This document shows, piece after piece, positions 25,849-34,700 of a stretch of 46,413 bases of DNA; positions within the stretch are counted from its first letter, which is position 1; each line of letters begins with the position of its first letter. The translations under genes were made by a program, and so were the position numbers. Origin of the DNA: Octopus sinensis. Its lineage: Eukaryota. Under the pieces are notes generated by a model. It had not been told where the DNA came from and made no database searches. It saw only the letters and a list, made by a program, of their open reading frames with translations. The DNA lies in assembly GCF_006345805.1 (NCBI RefSeq), contig NW_021834981.1:1-46413 (forward strand), read 5' to 3'.

Positions 25849-27232
25849 GGAGATAGAAAAAGACATAGTTTATATTAGAATTTTCATGTTACCATAGCTA
25901 CTTAATCTTTAGCAGTGGGAAGATTATATCCAAATACATAAGTAACTTTGAATAAAGAAACCGCATGACATTGGGTCAGAGGTCAGAGTTTATTGCTTAA
26001 TTGATTCCAAAATTATTGCCAGAATATCTTGAACAGCCTGTTTCTTGAACTACCATTCCATGTCTGTTGCAGATGAACACAATGATTCAGACATGTGCTG
26101 ATAATTTGGTGGAAAATATCGATAAGTTGGCAGAGAATGGAGAAGTCACCGAAGTTAAAAAGTATGTAAAACTATTAAAAGATTCTTTGTTAATCATTTA
26201 TCTTTTATCTTTAACTTGTTCTAATCATTGGACTGCAGCCATGGTTGGGCATCTCCTTGAAGGGTCTTAGCAGAATAAATGGACCCCGGTACTTATATTT
26301 TCTTAAGTATGGTACTTAATCTATCCCGTTCTATTGTTGAACCGCTAAGTTATGGTGACAGTAAGAAACCAACATCAGTTGTCAAGCAGTGTGCGGTGAG
26401 ACAAACATATTACGCATAAATTCACGCAAACACACACGCACACACAAACACACACACATGTATTTATGAGTACAGAAAGTCACCAACTGTGTAAACAACA
26501 GGAAATACGAAAACAAACGAGTTAAATATGCAAACAAGAGAAAAAATGGAAAACAGGGCAAGTAAACACAGAGAACTACCCTTCATCTGTTGTCTCGCTC
26601 TCTCCCTTTTTCTCCTCTTTCTCTTTGCTCACACTTGACCATCGTCCATCTTTCTTTTCCTCATGTGATCATCGTCCATCTGTCTTTTCCTCATGTGACC
26701 ATCATCCATTTTTCTTTTCCTCACGTGACCATCTTTCCTTTCCTGCACGGAGGTTCAAAGGACAGGACGTTTTCATCCTCTCTCTTCTATCTTTTCTATT
26801 TTCAAAGAAAATATTTCTCCCAGCATTCACTATTTTCCTGTCATTCTGGTCTAATGACCCTCCATGTCTGTTTTCGTTCAGTTTCCTTATATATTTCCAC
26901 TATGCTGTTTTTTGACCCCAACTTTGACCCTCCATAAATCCTAAATCTTATTTTAGAATTTATGGGAGCAAGTGTCTTTGGAGACTCATATTGTCGTTGA
27001 TCGCTCGAAATGAGGGGTAGATAGACAGCCGATAACTGATGAAGGGTCGTTCTCTGCTTTTATTTTTCCTGTTTACCATTTCTTTCACTCGTTGTTTGCA
27101 TATTTAACACGTTTGTTTTCGTATTTCACGTTGTTTACACACATGGTGACGTCCTGTACCCATATATGCATATATATATGATTTATATTATTATTTAATT
27201 GAACGCCACGCATCTATTACGAAGTAAGTTGC

Positions 27233-27308
<76 letters not shown>

Positions 27309-27890
27309 GATTGACAATGGGCGGTGGTGTGTTTACAGCACTGTAACCTAGCAGAAGAGTCGATAGAATAATTACGAAACCTAAAAACAAGGAATAAGTC
27401 CGTGAGTCGATTTGTTCAGCTAAAGTCTCGGCAACGCAATGCCCTAGTACGGCAGGAATCTCATGCCTGAAACAAGTAAAAGATGAAAAAACATTTAAAA
27501 TTAACTACTTTTTAAATCATGACTGAACTATTTTTACCGAAAGAAAAATTAACGTGTATTTACGTTCTTTTTTCTTTATTTATTCTAGGTTTTCTCAGCT
27601 TACACCATAGATGTCATAGCAGCAACTGGATTCGGAATAATGGTGAACTCACAGAAAAACCCTGATGATCCACTGGTTACAAAGGCCAAAGACATATTCA
27701 AATTTACTTTCTTTCAACCTCTTATCCTTTTAACAGTTAGTACTTACGTCATATATCTTAAAGAATATTCCATCAGAGTTGTACCATTTAAAACATGGGT
27801 CCCAAAGCAACAGGTCATGAATCATTTAGTACCAGGCCGTACGCAAATAATGAATTTTAAAATTTCACTCCTATTTTATCAACTTTATAT

Positions 27891-27945
<55 letters not shown>

Positions 27946-28702
27946 TATATATATATCACGTGATCACGTGACCGACCAATCCATCAGAGGTAGTTACACA
28001 TCGCTTGTCACAATGCGTTCGCATTGTTTTAGCCTTCGAATGACGCCACCCCGCTGGCTAAGCGAGCAGGCCAACATATATATTTATTTACTTTTATGTG
28101 TATAATTTTACCCTTACGGGCTATCTTTTACTGGAAAGCAATACTTTTGTATTGCATTACTATTTTCATTGAAACTTCTTCACTGTTCTCGTTCTGTTAA
28201 CGTTTTGGCGTTCAGACGAGTGTACTGGCATAGATGTGGCAACATTTGAAATTTTGTCTAGATATATGCAGCTGATGAGGACAAATCAAATCTACGTTGT
28301 CAAACGTATTTGAAGAGTCTGAAACGGGTCCTGCATTATCCGTTTCTAGGTTTTTCATTTTTCAGATGTTCTTCCTAGAGGTAAGACAAATTTTTTTCAT
28401 GTTTGTTGCACACACACGTCTTTGCTAGTATATACGCAGTGAAGCTATACAATAGCGTCTTATTTATTACGATCGCTATTTTCCAGTAAATATCGGTACT
28501 TCGTTGTACCATTTATTTACTTTTATATATATATATATAGTTAAAGAACGTGGGTAGAAATTAATATTAATTAATTAATATAAATTTAAACCAATGACCT
28601 AGCATACTTTTGCTTGAAATTTCTTGAGAACACTTTCTTCATGGTAAGACGATTTGGCGTCTTCTTCTAGCATATTAGGAATACACCTTGGTGATTATTT
28701 CT

Positions 28703-28738
<36 letters not shown>

Positions 28739-31700
28739 GCAAAATGGGACAGGAATGCAAAACATCAGGACAACAAGGTGATACAAAAAGGGACAACAAA
28801 ATATACAGATAGATGATACAAAGAAAACAAGGACGGGTCGTTCGAAGAACTAGATTATATTCGCAATTTCGGCTGATTATTCTTGAGATTGCTCCAATCT
28901 GGCCAGCCCCATGGAAAAACTAAGCTAAGAGCTTTAGATTCCTTGGAAGAAAGCATCGAATGTATACAAAAACAAAGACCTAAAGAACGGACAATGTTAC
29001 ACAAATATAAATACAATAAAAATACAATAAATATAATAACAGGTGTCTTTCGACTAAGGATGAATTGAATTAAGGTGGCGCGTGTGGAAATAAAGCCTTA
29101 CGGGAAAGATACAAAAATTTCACAAACACAGGGAAGAATGTCGATGTTGCACGGACCACGGTCAGACCCAGAAAGAAAGAGCAGGCTGCCTGATCGGTCA
29201 CGTGGGAAGAGAAGAGAGAAAAGTAGAAGCCGAGGGACAGAAGAATTCAGCAGGGACTGAATAGATCCGTGATCAAACATGTTCAAGGTATAACCAACCC
29301 GAGATTTTGTGTTAGTGTGCATGCGTTGAGGCTTCATGGCATTATCCAATATGCCTGATCTTCATACATTTTAAGAAAGCATGCTGTAATTTGAAATCAC
29401 AGGACAACATTCTCTCTCCATTTCTAGCAGTTTCAGTGAAACCACATAGAGTCATTGGGTGAATAAATAGAAAAATTTGATTTCATTTTTCGTTCTCTTT
29501 CTATCTGATATTTGCCCTTATATTTGTAAAAAAAACTCACAATTATATCAAATGTTCTATTCCAGTTGTTTTGCCGTCTTCTGGAAAATTCATAGCAAAA
29601 TCCGGATTAATAAGATTCCTTATTGGAAATCAATTCTTCTTCAGGAGGTTCTGCAAGAAACTAATCGAAGAAAGAAAGAAAATTCCAATGGATGATAGCG
29701 TATGTTTTTCTTTTATTCCTTTACTTGTTTCAGTCACTGGACTTTGGCCATGCTGGGGCACCAACTGAAAGAATTTTAGTCGAATACTTTCCTTATTATC
29801 AAGCCTCGTACTTATTTTATTGTTTTCTTTAACCGAACCACTAAGTTACAGTGGCATAAATACACCCACACTGGTTGTCAAGTATCATACAAGACAAATA
29901 CACACTCACACACATGTACACACATACATGCCATGGGCTTCTTTCAGTTTCCATTTACCAAATCCACTCACAAATATTTGATCGGAATGTGGCTGTGAGT
30001 AGAAGACACTTTCCGAAGGTGCCACACAGTGGGACTGAACCCAGAACCATGTGGTTAGGAAGCAAGCTCCTTTCACACAGCCAGTCCTGCACCTAAGTTC
30101 TGTGTGTTATTTAGAAATAGCAGCAAAATGTTGTCTAAGTCACATTTACTATCTCAAAAATTAAATATAATGGAAGCTCAAAGGATAATGTCTCTCTTTC
30201 TTCTTTTCACGTCTCTGTCTCTTTTTCTTTCTCTCGTTATCTCTCTTTCTCTCACTCTCTCGTTCTATTATTCATAGGGCCTGCTGCCTGGTTTCTGTGG
30301 CGCTTAAGTTACTGAAACCACCTCAACTCTGAACGGGATTCCTGTCTGCTAGAAAGTACGGTCAGCCGAATCTCCCTCAAATCACATCCTATTGTCATAA
30401 TAAAAAAGGAATGAGAGAACAAAAGAATATAGGGATGAATACATAATTCTTTTATTCCTTCACTGGAGTAATTTCTTGTACTTAGGCTATCCATGGATCA
30501 ATCATACAAGTCCTACTCTTTAGATTAGTTGGGTTAGGGTTAGGGTTAGGGTTAATCGATCTTTATGAAAGTGTTGTTACCTCTTGTTGTAAAGGGACAT
30601 AAACCAACACAACACATTACAGCCTAGGCGCAAGGTAATCATATGACCATACCTCGAATGAATTTAACCATGAAAAAAGGATGCAAATTCTGCCTCGAGG
30701 CCTAGAGTGCAGAGGGCCAGTTACCTGGTTACCATGGCATATAAATGACCAAGATCATAACACTGCTTCTGAACGGGCCACCAGTCTGTTGCAGGGTTAC
30801 TCATTTACAGCTGAATGAACTGGAACAAAATGGAATGAAGTGTTTACTCAAGAATACAACGCACTTCCCGATCCAGGAATCGAAATCACAATCTTGTGAT
30901 CATGAGTGCAACACACTGACCACTAGGGTATCTACTTCCATTCATGTTGTCAATCAGGTTGGTAATGGCAAAGGTAATGGCCGATTTTAAGGTCTCTATT
31001 ATATTACTGGATTATAGGGCTCATGCATCTGTGTGTTTGTTCTGTTTCATCAATTCGGTCATTCACAGCCTGGTAAAGTATAGAATTTTATCTATGAAAA
31101 CAACAACCAGTTTCCATCTACAAAATTTCCTCACAGAGCATCGGAAGAGAACCTAGAGCTGTGTGGTAACACAACCACAGGCGTGATGAGTTTTATTAGA
31201 CTACAAGTATTTAAGTTTGTTTATCGGCATTAATTTATTATTTTTAATTTATTGATTAAGATTATCATTGATTTTTTGTAAATTGTTTTGTAGATGCACA
31301 AAAACCTATTAAACCTTATGATAAAGGCTCAGCTGAAGGGTCATGAGACGTTGCCCCCAGAGGTAGAAAAAGAACTTGACTTGGAAACTATAACTGACTG
31401 GAGAACTAAAAGAGGTTTGTATGTAACTCACGTGCAGTTTCTCATTCAACCTTATCGAAAACTGACCAGCTTTGTTGTAGTACCTATCCTAATAATCTTC
31501 AAATTGAACACCTTACATATATGCACGCATATATACATACATACATACATTCATACATACATTCATACATACATACTCACACACACACATACATACATAG
31601 ATATATACATACATAGATATATACATACATACATACATACTACATACATACATGCATACATGCATGCATGCACATACATACACACACATACATACATACA

Positions 31701-34700
31701 CACGCATACATACATTCACACACATACATACATACACACACATACATACATACATTCATACATACACACACATACATACATACACACACATACATACATA
31801 CATACATACATACATACATACATACATACATACATACATACATACACACACACATACATACAGCTCTGTTTGATCTCACGAAAATGCTGTTCAGGGAGCA
31901 AACCATAGTCTCCCCAACCAGAAAGAATGACATCTTAAACCTCTGCTTCACCAATAATGTGTAACCTATTCATAACGTGAAGATATCACTGACAATCTTC
32001 TCGGACCACAACATGACAAAACTGATGATGTTTGGTGGTCAAAAACTAATTGAAGGTGTATTTCACACAGATGGTACTCAAACCGTATTCAGTCTGAACT
32101 TCTACAACGCTGAGTGGAAGTCAATTGAGAAGCAGATACTCCAATAAAACTGGTCTAAAAGTCTCTCTATGCAAGCCATTGATATGTAACTAAAAGTATT
32201 CAAGCATTGTTAAGTAAAGTAACTATTTGATAAAATATGGTCCAGAATGAAATATGTACAAGGTTCATTATGATTGTCTACAAACCCAGCATGGCTGCAG
32301 TTCATGATTGTCACCAGTAAAAGAATAAAAGGATAAAAATTCCAATGATGTGGTGAAGAGCAATTTAAACTCGTTATATTCATTTGCTCAACACATTCCA
32401 CTCTCAGATTCACTCACTTATCGCAGCAGTCCTTCAATGTTTCTAAGACCAGTAAAATTCTCGGAAGTTTGGGCTTCCAATTAGGACTTTTGCGATACCA
32501 TTAAATCCAGGAACTTTTCGGCTCCCCCTCCTATACTTTCTGGTGAAGTAAGCATCTGGGATGATTTACTCCATGCAGAAACTCCAGGAGCTACTCAGAG
32601 TTATTACAATATTTTCTGAATGTGTTTGCAAGTTTGGAGGTGGGCTTTAGTCGATTACATTAACCCCAGTACTCAACTGGTAATTATTTTACAGACTCCG
32701 AAAGGATGAAAGTGAAAATCAACTTCAGTGAAATTTCAACTCGTAAAAAATAAAATGCCACAAAGTATTTTCCCCGATGTGCTAATGAGAATAACTAAAA
32801 CATAACAAGAACTTCTCTCAGAACACAAGATATTTAATCTTTATATTGTTTTTCCTTAGGAATTACCGACAATGAAATCTTGGCCCAATGTGTTTTACTT
32901 TTGTTGGCTGGTTACGAAACTACCGCTTCTACTCTTACCTTCTTTACACATTTGATGGCAATAAACCCTGAACAACAAGAAAAATTGCACCAAGAGATTG
33001 TAGATGTTTTGGGAGAGGTAAGTATGTTACAGCTATTTAGAGATTTCGTTGCTGATTTCATTCAGGATTTACGATTTTTGGCCAAGGTGATAATAAAAAA
33101 AGGTTTAGTAATTGTCCTCAAAGGTTGTCTGGGCAATTGAAGACCTTGATGATGCGAAACAGATATACTCTATCGTTGAGAGGGTGGCAAAACAAAATTG
33201 CTTCTGCGGAGCCCTAATGAAACTGGAACAATGAGATTATTAAGACCGTTATAATTATTTCCTTATTTTCTTTTCTAGGATCTTCCTACTTATGACAGTG
33301 TTCAGAAATTACCTTACCTCAACATGTGCATGGATGAGACACTCAGAATGTATCCAATTGCAAATACGTACGTTTCCTTTGTCTTTGTTTCGGTTATATA
33401 CGCACATTTATTCCTCAGTAGGTTTCCTCTAACTTCCCTGAAATACATACATTTATGCATATGTTTATTTACGTATATGTGTTTGTGTAAGAATGAGTGA
33501 GTGCCTGGATGTGTACGTGTATGTATATTTGTACACGCATTTATATATGTGTGAGTGTGTACATATATCTTGCGTAGTATGTGTCTGTGTGTGCGTACGT
33601 AAGTTCGTGCATGCATGCATATGGTAGGGATTGACAAATGCGAAATGACTTTTGTTAATTATTGCTCATTTACTCTATATTTATAAACTGCTGTTTCAGA
33701 TTGGATCGTCAGTGCAATAAGGCGTGCACGATAAAAGGTGTGAAGATTCCTGAAAAACTGACTGTCAGAATCGCTGTGGATGCTATACATTACAATCCGA
33801 AATACTGGCCAGAACCGGAAAAATTCATTCCAGAAAGGTTAGCAATATAAATTATGCTTTCATTTATAGACTGCTGCAGATATGTCTGAGATCTAGAGCT
33901 TCAATTCAATCTTCAGTTGAAAGTGTGATTTTCTTCATTCTTGTTGAGGTTACCAATTACTCCAGATTTCTTGAAATTCTAGGCGATATTTGGATCTGTT
34001 CTGTCATACATTATGAATTACCCTGGATGTTACTTCTATTTGGATTTATTAGTACCTTATTGTTTTATAAAGTTAACCAATTCGCTTATCACTGAGTGGT
34101 TTCCAGATATCTGCCTGGATTTACTAATCCATTTACCCTTCGTTATGTAGTACATGTGCGTGTGGATGCCAGTATGCCAGTAAAATGAAGTGGGTAAGGT
34201 TGAAAAGCTTTTGACCAAGGGGCTTGTATGACCAGAAGAGATTCGTATCTAAACCACCACAACATCAACAATATATGGTTATTTATACAGGTACTTTTGT
34301 CATTTACAGATTTAGCGAAGAAGCGAAATCTAAACAAGTGCCGTTCACCTACTTACCATTTGGTGCAGGACCAAGAATGTGTCTTGGAATGAGACTGGCC
34401 AAGCTGGAGTTCAAGATAGCAGCTGTTGAAATGATTCGAAATTTCAAAATTCTTCGAACAGAAAAAACCGAAGTAAGTTCTATTGTTTCTTTTGTAAACT
34501 TTGAAATATATATCAAAGTTATGGGTATATATTTCAAATATGTATATATATTCTTTTACTTGCTTTTATATTGCAACGAGGTAATTTTCTTTCAAGTTGT
34601 TTAGTCTGAAACATAGGTTCAATTCCCAGTCGAGACTTTATCTCTTATGCTTTTATCTTTTACTTGTTTCTGTCATTGGACAGTGGCCATGCTAGAGCAC

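Noticed and set aside
27662-27668. CTGATGA in exon 7 (also at 32023 and 43204)
   Set aside because: No stem II/GAAA/stem III context; coding (PDD) or SINE-tail sequence.
31294-31964. 204-aa and other HT/YI/CV-repeat ORFs here and throughout the track
   Set aside because: Translations of microsatellites; only 31294-31414 is a real exon.
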